Source: an uncultured delta proteobacterium | GTDB lineage: Bacteria > Desulfobacterota > Binatia > Binatales > Binataceae | NCBI GenBank assembly: GCA_963842085.1 | Contig: CAWJET010000001.1 | Location: forward strand, 2,272,001-2,336,000 | DNA length: 64,000 nucleotides | Direction: 5' to 3' | In this document: one piece after another, positions 37,148-46,536 of the stretch | How the letters are laid out: each line of letters begins with the position of its first letter | Position numbering within the stretch: position 1 is the stretch's first letter | Made by a program: the position numbers and the translations under genes | Notes under the pieces: generated by a model | What the model was told of the DNA's origin: nothing | The model's input: the letters and a program-made list of their open reading frames with translations, nothing else | Databases searched by the model: none

Positions 37148-38800
37148 CTACCTGGCTGCGATCGACGCGACGATCGCGCCGGCCGAGAGTGCGATCACTC
37201 TCCAGAACAGGTAGACGCCGGCGGACCCGGTCCGTTGTTCGACGGCTGCAGGCCGAGGAGCGGCCTCTTTCGGGCGCATCGATGCCGCAATCGGGGCAAG
37301 CACCTTGGCAAGGGCCTCGACTCGCTGCGCTTCCTCGGCTATCGACTCGGGCTGGCTGATGCCCTTGCCGCTCGGCGGATCGGCGTCCAACGCTGATGGC
37401 AGATCGCCGGTGACTACGGATGCGAGGGCGGAAGCGTAGCGTAAAGGATCTTGCGCGGCGGTGCGCGAACGCTGCAAATCGCCGGTGGATGCCAGGTTGG
37501 CCTCGTAAAGCTTTTGCTCGAGCGAAGCGGGCGAAGTCGAATCCGGGTCATTTTGCGTTGCGCCGATCTTTTCCTCGAGCAACGTTCTTCCTGCTGGCAG
37601 GGCCAGCAATGCCGACGCCATTATCCTGGCCATGACCTCGGGATCGGTGTTTGCGAGGTTGCGGACGAACGTGGCGCTCTCTGAGAATTTCGCGCGCAGC
37701 TCCTCGTCGGTTAAGCTGGAAGCTGCGGCGGCGCCGGGCTTCGCATGAATCAACGCCTGCAGGCGCTCGATGCGCTCGCCAAGCGGCGGATGGTTCGATA
37801 GCTTTCCCACAAGCATGTTACGCGGGTATTCGCTTACCGCGAATTTCCTGGCGTCCTCATCGCGCTCCTCCTGTGTTTTGCCGGGCTGCAAGCGGAGCCG
37901 GGTTATCTCATTGATGTATTGCTTGTAGCTCGTGGCTCCGCCCGCGCGCTCGAAGGGGTCCACGATGAAAAGCTGGGCCATACCTGGCGTGGCGCATCTC
38001 AGCGGCGACTCGGTCTTCGCGATCTGTTCAAGCGCGCGGATCAGCGCTGTCGGATTGCGCGTAAATTCAACGGCGGACGCGTCGGCCAGGTACTCGCGAT
38101 CGCGGGAGAGAATTGTTGAAATGATGCGCGAAACGATGCCGTCCGACGCCGAACGGGCCTTCCAGATGACGGGCATACCGGAGATGAAGCGCAACACGCC
38201 GAAGCCACGGAACATCGCCGTGACCATCGTCGTCAACCGGGTATCGCAATTGCGGATATGCGCCATCTCATGGCCGATCACGCCTTGTAGTTCCTCGCGA
38301 TCCATCTGGTCCAGCAGCCCCTGGGTGACACAAATCGCCGAGTGTTCGGGATCGCGCCCCACCGCGAACGCGTTAGGCGAGGGATCGTCGATGACCTCGA
38401 CGCGCGGCTCGGGTATTCGCGCCGCGAGCGCCATCTCGCGCACCACGTCGATGACCGTCTGATTCTTTGGCTGGTCGGAAGAGATCGGATGCGCATCCAA
38501 CGCGTCCAGCACCAGGTCTGCCCCGGCAAAATTCGCGCGCAACGCTTGCATTATGGCCAAGATCATTGCGATCGCCGTGAACCAGGGGATGCCGGAAAGC
38601 CGTCCGTCGCTGAAGCGCAAGTTGTGAGACCGGAAATCGAGGCCGAGGCCGAATGCAGCGAACGCCAGGATCACCTTCACCACTAGCGCAGCAGTACGGC
38701 GCCGATTGACCCGCTCGAGTTGCCAAAAGCTGCCGGATTCCCCCGCCATTGCCCGGTCCGCCTCAAATGAAAGCTTATGCCGCCGCAAGATCTGTGTCAT
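37148..38800 (-). CDS. M48 (HtpX-like) membrane zinc metalloprotease with C-terminal extension
   Basis: PNAFAVG, GVIGHEMAH, SRDREYLADASA, HPPLGERI. Confidence 0.88.
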   Translation of the reverse strand: MTQILRRHKLSFEADRAMAGESGSFWQLERVNRRRTAALVVKVILAFAAFGLGLDFRSHNLRFSDGRLSGIPWFTAIAMILAIMQALRANFAGADLVLDALDAHPISSDQPKNQTVIDVVREMALAARIPEPRVEVIDDPSPNAFAVGRDPEHSAICVTQGLLDQMDREELQGVIGHEMAHIRNCDTRLTTMVTAMFRGFGVLRFISGMPVIWKARSASDGIVSRIISTILSRDREYLADASAVEFTRNPTALIRALEQIAKTESPLRCATPGMAQLFIVDPFERAGGATSYKQYINEITRLRLQPGKTQEERDEDARKFAVSEYPRNMLVGKLSNHPPLGERIERLQALIHAKPGAAAASSLTDEELRAKFSESATFVRNLANTDPEVMARIMASALLALPAGRTLLEEKIGATQNDPDSTSPASLEQKLYEANLASTGDLQRSRTAAQDPLRYASALASVVTGDLPSALDADPPSGKGISQPESIAEEAQRVEALAKVLAPIAASMRPKEAAPRPAAVEQRTGSAGVYLFWRVIALSAGAIVASIAAR

Positions 38801-38884
38801 CCACTACCCGCAGGAGAGAGTCGTCAGGCATTTGCGATACCCGGCGTCCGCAGTAGAATCACATCCGGGCTCCAGGATGTCTCA

Positions 38885-39607
38885 ATGCAAATCCTCGAAA
38901 ATCGAGTTGCGATAGTCACCGGCGGGACCGGCGCGCTCGGCTGCGCGGTGGTCGAGAATTTCCTGATCGCGGGCGCTAAGGTCGCGGTTCCTTACGTCGT
39001 CGATGCGGAAGTGCCATTGCTGCAAAAGCAACTCGGCAACCGTTTCCCGGCGTCCGAAATCTTTCTCAAAAAAGCGGACGTCAGCGACGAGGCGCAAGTC
39101 GCGAAGTTTGTGGCGGACGTCGCGTCGAAGTGGAGCAAGGTCGATATCCTGGTGAATCTCGTCGGTGGATTCTGGGGCGGCAAGCCGATCGCGGAAACCA
39201 CGCTCGCCGAGTGGCAGGCGATGTTCGATCTCAACGTGAAGCCGACGTTCCTCTGCTGCCGCGCGGTCGTGCCGGTAATGCAGCGCAACAAGTGGGGACG
39301 CATCGTGTCGGTCGCATCGCGCAGCGGTCTGCAGGGCGCGGGCGACTACGCCGCGTACGCGGTGGCCAAGGGCGCAATCGCAACTTTCACCGCGTCGCTC
39401 GCACAGGAAGTGCTCGACGACGGCGTGATGGTCAACGCGATCGCGCCGAGCACCATCGACACGGAAGCGAACCGCGCCGCGATGCCCAAGGCGAAGCACG
39501 AAAATTGGGTAAAGCCTGCGGATATAGCGAGGACGATCGCTTACCTGTGCTCGGACGATTGCCGCGTCACGTCAGCCGCAGTCGTGCCGGTGTACGGACG
39601 CGCCTGA
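38885..39607 (+). CDS. Short-chain dehydrogenase/reductase
   Basis: TGGTGALG, YAVAK, VNAIAPSTIDT. Confidence 0.92.
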   Translation: MQILENRVAIVTGGTGALGCAVVENFLIAGAKVAVPYVVDAEVPLLQKQLGNRFPASEIFLKKADVSDEAQVAKFVADVASKWSKVDILVNLVGGFWGGKPIAETTLAEWQAMFDLNVKPTFLCCRAVVPVMQRNKWGRIVSVASRSGLQGAGDYAAYAVAKGAIATFTASLAQEVLDDGVMVNAIAPSTIDTEANRAAMPKAKHENWVKPADIARTIAYLCSDDCRVTSAAVVPVYGRA

Positions 39608-39621
39608 GAGCGAGCGCGAAC

Positions 39622-40437
39622 TCAACTCTGAGCGGCGGCGGCGTGGGAATCGACGGAACGGAGCCGCGATCTATGTGGCATCGCGAGCCTATCCGCGACG
39701 ATTCGGTACACGTCGACGTTCAAGCCCATCCCGACGTGACTGCCCATGACCTCGACGTTTTCCACCGTCGGGGTGCCGCTCAAATCCACGCAGCTCTCCC
39801 AGTGGACGACGCCGTCGGTGCGCGAGTAGATGTGCGTGGCCGGAACGTCGGCGGGCGATTCGTCGCTCAAGATCACTCCGCACTGGCACTCCTCGCTGAG
39901 GCATCCTTGCGCCCTGCCACGAAGTGCGGCGACCGATTTGGCCACAACCTCGACGGCGAGGCTGGCGTGGCGCCGCGGCTGCCGGATTGGCGAGCCGAGT
40001 GAAATTACGCGCTCGACCATTTCGGGCTGCTCGCGTGCAAGCTCACGCGCGTAAACCCCGCCGAGGCTTTGGCCAACCACTACTATCGGCTGCTCGAATT
40101 TCTCATGAGCGAGCGCGAGCCGCGCGTTCAACTTGCGCATCGTCTCGCGCGGACAGTCCGAGTTCGACAGAATTCCGGCATAGACCGCGCGATGGCCGAG
40201 CCATCGGCAGAAGTTCGCCAGCGGCGCGAGCGTCAAGTCGCCGGCCATGAAACCCGGGATGAGCATGACGACTTTGGCGTTGTGGGACCGCACATGCGGC
40301 CAGGGATGTACGATTGCTCCGATCCAGTAGATGCTGGCCTCAAGCGGAACACGGAACTCGCCCAACGTGTCCAGCATCGAAGGACGCTTTGGCTGGCTCG
40401 CTTTTCGTGAACTATTTTGCGCGCTACTTGGAGTCAT
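39622..40437 (-). CDS. Alpha/beta hydrolase (lipase/esterase)
   Basis: LIPGF, GQSLGG, SLGSP, YSRTDGVV, GSHVGM; RBS AAGGAG. Confidence 0.88.
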   Translation of the reverse strand: MTPSSAQNSSRKASQPKRPSMLDTLGEFRVPLEASIYWIGAIVHPWPHVRSHNAKVVMLIPGFMAGDLTLAPLANFCRWLGHRAVYAGILSNSDCPRETMRKLNARLALAHEKFEQPIVVVGQSLGGVYARELAREQPEMVERVISLGSPIRQPRRHASLAVEVVAKSVAALRGRAQGCLSEECQCGVILSDESPADVPATHIYSRTDGVVHWESCVDLSGTPTVENVEVMGSHVGMGLNVDVYRIVADRLAMPHRSRLRSVDSHAAAAQS

Positions 40438-41001
40438 AGATCTCCTTTTTGGGCAGTTCGCGCGGGCATCGTCAGGCAAATGCAGGGCGAAACCGCATCC
40501 TCATCAACCCTTCATCCTCTGAATCCTACATAATCATTTTTTAACAATTTGTTCAATGATTTCTAATGCAGATTTTGATGATTTCGCGGGCATCGGGACT
40601 TTACAGCACCAAATGAATTGCACATTGATGCGGCAACGATATGCGTAAAGACGAAAAGAGTTATCGAAGCGCGCGAAGGCTCTGTTCTAATTTCTGGCAG
40701 CGTCAATGGGCGTGTTCGCGGCGCGCGGGAGAATGTGCCGAGATATTAATCAAGGCCGGTCGAGTCCGTGCGCAGGAAATTAGTTCCAACGAAGAGCGGA
40801 TATTCCCAGGCTGGCCCAAAGATCGGACACGTTGCGCGTTTAGGTTTATACGGGTTCAGGTCCAGAGTCGCCGCAGAGGGTCGCGAATCGAAACTTCGCC
40901 GAATACGTGTTAATTTTACATTTGCAAAGATCTAAAAGTTCAAATCTGATTTAGAATTCAAGTCCTGACCTGCGAAATGTCGCGACGCTGAATTCCGGGT
41001 A

Positions 41002-41418
41002 ATGAAAAGATCACGGTTAGGCGAAGTGATAAGGGCGAGCCGCGAGGCCATAGGGTTATCGCAACGCGAATTGGGTCGTAGGTTGGGGGTAACAGCTTCG
41101 CACGTTGCTTATATCGAGTCTGGCAGACGGCGTCCTTCGCATTTCCTCCTGTTTCGGTTGGCGCGTTGTCTACAGCTGAACCGGCAGGAACTATTCCTGG
41201 TCGCTTACCCCGAGTTGGCGCCGCCCCTTACACTGCCCCTATCGCCAACCGAAGATCGCGAGGCCGCGTGGCGCCGGTTCCTTGCTGTCTCGGGGCGATA
41301 TTCGGTAACTCCAGGGGAACTGGCAGTGCTGCGGAAAATATCTCGGCTGGGCAAGATTTCTCCCAATTCGTATTTCGGGATTCTGAATTCGATCAGACAG
41401 TCCTTGGAAACAGACTGA
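41002..41418 (+). CDS. XRE-family HTH protein with C-terminal domain
   Basis: GLSQRELGRRLGVTASHVAYIESGRRRPS. Confidence 0.85.
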   Translation: MKRSRLGEVIRASREAIGLSQRELGRRLGVTASHVAYIESGRRRPSHFLLFRLARCLQLNRQELFLVAYPELAPPLTLPLSPTEDREAAWRRFLAVSGRYSVTPGELAVLRKISRLGKISPNSYFGILNSIRQSLETD

Positions 41419-41434
41419 CCTCGACGCGACACCG

Positions 41435-41764
41435 TTAGCCGGCCTTCCTCGCGTCAGCGACGAGGCTCGAACGCCCGGCCGCGCTAATTTCCCGCCTCGG
41501 GAGGCGCGCGCGGGCGACCGCAAGTCGCAGGTCTTTGAGTCCCCGTACCATCCGGTACATCGCGCGAGCCTCGCGCGTGAGGACCTTTGATACTTGCTCG
41601 TCGAACACGTTCTCGGCGGCGATCATCGCCATTTCGCTTGCGCCATCTTCGATCGCGTTCCCCACAGCCTTCAGTTGCCGGACGAGGGCGCGGCGGTCCG
41701 CTTCAAAGCAGGTTTGTTCGCTGTATAACGCTGAGCTCATTCGCTCTGTAGCAAGCATTCCCAC
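41435..41764 (-). CDS. Hypothetical helical protein (paralogue of 42903-43166)
   Basis: Shares CFExDR and MIAAENVFD with the second copy; start may be 41740. Confidence 0.7.
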   Translation of the reverse strand: MGMLATERMSSALYSEQTCFEADRRALVRQLKAVGNAIEDGASEMAMIAAENVFDEQVSKVLTREARAMYRMVRGLKDLRLAVARARLPRREISAAGRSSLVADARKAG

Positions 41765-41810
41765 CCCTACGCAGTTAACTGGAAGTTAGCTAAAATCGCT
41801 GCTCAGGGTC

Positions 41811-41844
41811 TGACAATTGGGGACATTTTTTGACATTTGGAGAC
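41811..41844 (-). promoter_or_regulatory. Tandem 14-bp direct repeat, candidate AraC-family binding site
   Basis: TGACAATTGGGGAC and TGACATTTGGAGAC, 20-bp period, between the AraC gene and the divergent hypothetical gene. Confidence 0.6.
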
Positions 41845-41864
41845 GCTAGTCGTAAGAATTGAAG

Positions 41865-42884
41865 ATGCCGAAGCTAGTCCGTAGCGCCAGCTTGACCGAC
41901 TACCTCGAAGTCGCTCGTTCCGTAGGCCTCGATCCATCCAGTATGCTTGGCAGCGTCGGCTTGTCCACAGGTTGTTTGCAAAATCCGGACTTCAAAATTC
42001 CGGAGGATGCAGTTCGCCAGCTTTTGGAAGCGTCGGCGACGGCAGCGGGGATCGAGGACTTCGGCCTGCGGCTGGCAGAGAGGCGTACGCTTTCAAATCT
42101 CGGCGCGCTGGGGTTACTCGTCCGCGATCAACCGACCGTTCGCCAGGGGCTCGAAGCCTGGAATCAATATAGAAAGTTGCACACTGACTCGGTGTCGCTG
42201 CGAATTGAAGAGCGCGACGGTATCGCGACCGTGAGCCTTTCCCGCTTGGTCGAAACGCCCCTGCCTCAGCGTCAAGCTGTCGAGATGGCGGTTGGTGTTC
42301 TCTATCGCACACTGCGCGTGTTTCTCGGTGACGGGTGGAGGCCGCGTGTCTGCTTTGCGCACAGCGCGCCACGCAATCGCGATACCCACCGACGAGTGTT
42401 CGGCAGCGAGGCCGAGTTCAACCGCGATTTCAACGGAATAATCTGCCGCTCGAGCGATCTCGACGCGCGTATTCCGGCGGCCGATCCGGTAATGGCGCGG
42501 TACGCGCAACATTATGTTGATTCGATCGCACACACGGATGGGACCTTCAGCGAAAAAGTGCGGGAGCTCGTCAGCATGATGCTCTCCTCGGGAGATTGCC
42601 GGATGGAGCGGATCGCGCAGTACTTGGGCGTCGATCGCAAGACGGTGCATCGGCGCCTGGCGGACGAAAGAACGAGTTTCTCCGCTATCGTTGACGGGGT
42701 CCGAACCGAGCTGGTGAACCGTTACCTCGAGAACCGCGAACGGCCCTTATGTGTCGTCGCCGAGATGGTCGGATTCTCTGACTTGAGCGCGTTTTCGCGC
42801 TGGTTCAAGAGACGCTTCGGGCGCAGTGTTTCAGCGTGGCGGGCGATCAATCAGCCGCGCGGCAAGTCCCAATCCGTGGATTAG
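41865..42884 (+). CDS. AraC family regulator (OruR-like N-terminal domain)
   Basis: DFGLRLAE, VCFAHSAP, IAQYLGVDRKTVHRRL, VGFSDLSAFSRWFKRRFG. Confidence 0.92.
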   Translation: MPKLVRSASLTDYLEVARSVGLDPSSMLGSVGLSTGCLQNPDFKIPEDAVRQLLEASATAAGIEDFGLRLAERRTLSNLGALGLLVRDQPTVRQGLEAWNQYRKLHTDSVSLRIEERDGIATVSLSRLVETPLPQRQAVEMAVGVLYRTLRVFLGDGWRPRVCFAHSAPRNRDTHRRVFGSEAEFNRDFNGIICRSSDLDARIPAADPVMARYAQHYVDSIAHTDGTFSEKVRELVSMMLSSGDCRMERIAQYLGVDRKTVHRRLADERTSFSAIVDGVRTELVNRYLENRERPLCVVAEMVGFSDLSAFSRWFKRRFGRSVSAWRAINQPRGKSQSVD

Positions 42885-42902
42885 CTTGCTTGTACCGTCG
42901 CG

Positions 42903-43166
42903 CTATTTTTTCACGCCGGGGAATTTTGCGCGGGTCAGCACGTTGCCCAGGACATCCAGCCTCTGGGCCATGCGGTTCAGGGCGCGGGCCTTGCGTTTGA
43001 GTTTTGCTGAGAGAGGCTTGTCGAACACGTTCTCGGCTGCGATCATCTCAATTTCGGTCAAGGCGTTTCGGATAGTGAGCTTCAGAGCTTTCACTTGACC
43101 GATGAGGACGCTGCGGTCGATTTCAAAGCAGTCTCGTTCGCTATCTATTTTGGATCCCGGTCTCAT
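42903..43166 (-). CDS. Hypothetical helical protein (paralogue of 41435-41764)
   Basis: CFEIDR...MIAAENVFD...ARA motif shared with the first copy. Confidence 0.7.
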   Translation of the reverse strand: MRPGSKIDSERDCFEIDRSVLIGQVKALKLTIRNALTEIEMIAAENVFDKPLSAKLKRKARALNRMAQRLDVLGNVLTRAKFPGVKK

Positions 43167-43508
43167 TCACGACCCGACTCCTGGCGACATTCGAATCGCC
43201 GAACGGACGTGCCAATTGACCAAGGCTCCTTGAGCCGGCACAGCAAACCTGCTGCTTGCGGGCCGGCTCTTCACGTTAAAAGACTAGCAGAACCATGGCA
43301 GGTTCGCGGTGATCGCGGAAGCAGGGAAAATCGGCACAAAGATGAGAATGAGAATCGTATCTCCACAAAATGTGCATACGGTTCATGGGGAACGTGTCGC
43401 GTTGCCATTCGCGAATCGGGACGGTTGCCGATCGGACCCTGGATGTTCTCAGCTCCGGCCGGTTTGCTAAGGTAGCCAACTCAAATCCCGGTCTTTTGCG
43501 AGGTACAA

Positions 43509-44495
43509 ATGGAATTCGGAGTTCAACTTGGCAATTTGGAACCCGCCCAGTATAAAGCACACGCGCAAGCGGCTGAGGCGCTCGGCTACGACCTGATCGT
43601 CTTCCCCGACCATCTCGTGAACGAAGGTCCGGAGCGGCAATTCGATCCGAAGTCGAACGCCTACGACCATATCGTGATGGCCGCCGCCGTAATGGAGGCG
43701 ACGAAGAAGATCCGCGTCGGCCATCTCGTGCTATGCAACCTGTTTCGTCATCCCGCGATCACCGCGCAGAGCCTGATGACGCTGGACCGGCTGAGCGGCG
43801 GCCGGCTGGTCGCAGGTCTCGGCACAGGATGGACCGAGACGGAATTCAAGATGAGCGGGATTCCGTTTCCGCCGATCGCCGAGCGGCTGCGGATGCTTGA
43901 CGAAGCGATGACCTGCATCCTGTCGCTGTGGCAGAACGAGCGCACGACTTTCGACGGCGAGTTCTACCATTTCAAGGATGCGATCCTGTGGCCGAAGCCC
44001 GTTCAGCAGCCCCATCCGCCGATAATCGTTGGTGGCGGCGGTAAGGGTCTGCTGCGGATCGCGGCGAAATACGCGGACTACGTCAATATCATTCCGGACG
44101 CGGGCAAGCGCGGACACATCTCGATGGAGGTCGTGAAGCGCACGAACGACGCATCGTTTCGCGAGAAGGCGAGCTTCGTTCGCAACGAAGCGAAGCGCCT
44201 AGGCCGCCAGCCTGACGCGGTTCGGATCAGCAACTTCCTTTTCTCGACGATCATTTCGGACTCCCGCGAAGCGACCCGCAAGACCGCCGAGATGATGGCG
44301 CCGATGTTCGGCCAGACCGCGGACGACCTGCTGGCGTCGCCGATGATTCTGATTGGGACGCCGGAGGAATGCATCGCCGAGCTGATGCGGCGCGCGAAGG
44401 ACTGGGGCACGTCGCAGATGATCTTTACCGGCGAAGTCGGGCAGAACGAAAAGCTGATGCGCGACCTGCGCGAGAAAGTCCTCGCGCACGTGTGA
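43509..44495 (+). CDS. LLM class flavin/F420-dependent oxidoreductase
   Basis: FPDHL, RHPAITA, LDRLSGGRL.AGLGTGW, PKPVQQPHPPIIVGGGG. Confidence 0.92.
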   Translation: MEFGVQLGNLEPAQYKAHAQAAEALGYDLIVFPDHLVNEGPERQFDPKSNAYDHIVMAAAVMEATKKIRVGHLVLCNLFRHPAITAQSLMTLDRLSGGRLVAGLGTGWTETEFKMSGIPFPPIAERLRMLDEAMTCILSLWQNERTTFDGEFYHFKDAILWPKPVQQPHPPIIVGGGGKGLLRIAAKYADYVNIIPDAGKRGHISMEVVKRTNDASFREKASFVRNEAKRLGRQPDAVRISNFLFSTIISDSREATRKTAEMMAPMFGQTADDLLASPMILIGTPEECIAELMRRAKDWGTSQMIFTGEVGQNEKLMRDLREKVLAHV

Positions 44496-44553
44496 GCGAT
44501 CGCGCACTGAGGTGACGCCTGGCGCGGAGTAGGGAAGGGTAAATCACTCTATT

Positions 44554-44580
44554 GAATGTGAAACCCACCGTGGGTTTCAC
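44554..44580. repeat. REP-like hairpin
   Basis: GTGAAACCCA-CCG-TGGGTTTCAC perfect 10-bp stem between convergent genes; a related copy lies at 26480. Confidence 0.6.
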
Positions 44581-44615
44581 GCTTCCCTGGGCACGGGTGA
44601 CCCCTGCACCCAATG

Positions 44616-45068
44616 TTAAGAAAGCTGCGCGCCTAGCTGAAGCACCAGCACGACCGTCATCGCCGCGAGGCAGTAGCGATGATCTTTGTAGATCGCGCGC
44701 GCGAGACGGCTTTGCTCCTCGGGTGAGTCTGACGCTTTACCCAGCCGCGCTGCGTTCGGAATGGTGCGCACGCGAGCGAGTCCGATCGCGCTGGCGGCGG
44801 CAGCGAGCGATATCCATTCGATCCACCAATGATACGCGCCGAGCACAATCTCAATGACTATGACGAGCAGCGTCAGCAGCATCACGAGCGCGATCAGCCG
44901 ATTCATCGGCCACGCTTCCCGCGTGACGCGCCGGTAATATCCCGAGATCGACGCCAGCGCATTTGCGGGAACTTCGCCGTCGTGGCCGCGCACCTGCACG
45001 TCGAACATCAGATCGAACCACAGTACGCAGATCAGGAATGCGGCCCCGGCCGCGGCGAATGCGTGCAT
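44616..45068 (-). CDS. Hypothetical membrane protein
   Basis: MHAFAAAGAAFLICVLWFDLMFDVQVR; about 4 TM segments; ATG is 2 bp after the stop of the duplicated rrf2 tail. Confidence 0.75.
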   Translation of the reverse strand: MHAFAAAGAAFLICVLWFDLMFDVQVRGHDGEVPANALASISGYYRRVTREAWPMNRLIALVMLLTLLVIVIEIVLGAYHWWIEWISLAAAASAIGLARVRTIPNAARLGKASDSPEEQSRLARAIYKDHRYCLAAMTVVLVLQLGAQLS

Positions 45069-45070
45069 GT

Positions 45071-45153
45071 CTAGATGCTGTAGTTGATCGCCTGCCTGCG
45101 CTTCTCCGACAACGCCTGCAACGTGACGCCGCGCAGGATGCCGTTGACCGAAT
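45071..45153 (-). repeat. Displaced 3' end of the Rrf2 gene (att-like direct repeat, copy 1)
   Basis: 78/83 identical to 46638-46720; all 5 differences are synonymous. Confidence 0.92.
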
Positions 45154-45190
45154 GAACGACACGACGGTCGACCTGAGGCGCTAGGTGTTC

Positions 45191-45358
45191 CTATTTGAGC
45201 CAATAGCCGACGACGACGCCGATGAGAGCGCTAGCCCATTTCACGTAGTCGTCGGGGTACTGTTTAGATATCATCACGTAGGAGCAGACACTGAGAATCG
45301 TCGCGCTCACACCCAGTTGGGCGAACAACACGATCGTTTTTCGCCAGTCCGCCCCCAT
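45191..45358 (-). CDS. 55-aa two-TM membrane protein (not in the ORF track)
   Basis: Translated by hand: MGADWRKTIVLFAQLGVSATILSVCSYVMISKQYPDDYVKWASALIGVVVGYWLK; ATG is 13 bp after the upstream stop, preceded by AGCAGG. Confidence 0.65.
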   Translation of the reverse strand: MGADWRKTIVLFAQLGVSATILSVCSYVMISKQYPDDYVKWASALIGVVVGYWLK

Positions 45359-45371
45359 TGCCTGCTACAGG

Positions 45372-45620
45372 CTAGCGGCTGATTAACTCTTTGACGGTTC
45401 TGACAGCTTCGCGGATGTGAGTACCAAAGGGGGCTTCTTCATCGTCTTCGACAGCAGTGGTAGCGGTCTGCTGCGCCGCCGTCTTCTCATTTCCGGCAAC
45501 AGTGAATGTTGCAGATGAATCGTCACCAAGAGGAAAACCTGATGGCTCGTAGTTTTTGATGGTCCACTGATTTAGCCACCCTGCCATGCATTGCGTTGTC
45601 TGGGTAAATATCGTGCTCAT
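45372..45620 (-). CDS. 82-aa hypothetical protein
   Basis: RBS GGAGAGGG before the ATG; directly downstream of the Ntn hydrolase gene. Confidence 0.6.
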   Translation of the reverse strand: MSTIFTQTTQCMAGWLNQWTIKNYEPSGFPLGDDSSATFTVAGNEKTAAQQTATTAVEDDEEAPFGTHIREAVRTVKELISR

Positions 45621-45655
45621 TAGTTCGCCCTCTCCGCTCTCTCGCGACAGGAAAT

Positions 45656-46462
45656 TCAGTTTTCGCCGCTCAGATCTTTTCGCTGAATTATGCGCAACCC
45701 CTCGCGCCGGGTTATTACGGCTACATCAATCGCGCCACCCACGCCGCGAATCCCGATGCTAAGCTTTTGCGCCGTTACTGTGGCACGGATCAAAAAAACC
45801 GCCAAGTCTATGGAATCTTGCAGCGGAAGGACCGCAAACGGTATAGCCAACGAAAGTAGTCGCAAGTTCTGAACCAGCGTAGCCACCTGCGAGTCCTGTA
45901 AATTAAGAATTCGCTGAACGATCTGGGGAAGTTTTACGTCGTAACCCTGAAGCAGTCGAATCGCCGCTTCTGATTGGCCTCCGATGGTAATTCCAAAGTC
46001 ATTCGGCGACTGCTCTGCAGGGGTCGGTTGGCCAGGGATCGTAAGAACGTAGACCGAGCCGTACGCTGCATCAGGATCATACCCTCCGATACAAAATGTC
46101 ATCCCAGGCCCCTTATAGTCTGGGGGCATTCTCTCCCTCCAACGCGCCAAGTAGAAGTCGCTAAGTCGTTGAGCGAAGTCGCGCACATTTTCCTTGTCTT
46201 GTGGCAACTGGGTTTCAAACTCAGGAAGGAAACTATGAGCCGTTCGGAGGTCGGTCGGCTTGGTTCCCATTACCGCATCGCCATAAGTGACTGCCGCAAC
46301 TCTACGGGGATTGTCTCGGTCACCAAAAGTCAAAAGCTTCGTTGCGTTGTCGAAGTTCACGTTTATGGGCATTTGACCTGGAGCCGCCGCTGTGAGGGTC
46401 ACTCGACTGTCCGCGGCCAAGACCACTCCCTCAGGCCCCTTGATGACAATCCCTAAAGACAA
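45656..46462 (-). CDS. Proteasome beta-subunit-like Ntn hydrolase with Ser1
   Basis: (M)SLGIVIKGPEGVVLAADSRVT puts D at 17 and R at 19; NATKL; TYG; C-terminal GVGGAIDVAVITRREG. Confidence 0.8.
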   Translation of the reverse strand: MSLGIVIKGPEGVVLAADSRVTLTAAAPGQMPINVNFDNATKLLTFGDRDNPRRVAAVTYGDAVMGTKPTDLRTAHSFLPEFETQLPQDKENVRDFAQRLSDFYLARWRERMPPDYKGPGMTFCIGGYDPDAAYGSVYVLTIPGQPTPAEQSPNDFGITIGGQSEAAIRLLQGYDVKLPQIVQRILNLQDSQVATLVQNLRLLSLAIPFAVLPLQDSIDLAVFLIRATVTAQKLSIGIRGVGGAIDVAVITRREGLRIIQRKDLSGEN

Positions 46463-46536
46463 CTTGCCCCCCGTTTCTGCAGAATTGCGCGTCCGCCGAG
46501 GTTGTTCACTACGCTCCGTCGCCAGAGCGATTTTTT

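Noticed and set aside
43341-43363. Fur box (GAGAATGAGAATCGTATCT)
   Set aside because: Only about 12/19 match, the right half is poor, and no iron gene is adjacent.
44616-45203. 195-aa start for the membrane protein
   Set aside because: The extension runs through the duplicated rrf2 tail in another frame; the likely start is 45068.
45656-46462. Canonical HslV, Anbu or 20S proteasome subunit
   Set aside because: Ser1 rather than Thr1, longer insertions, and none of the usual partner genes.
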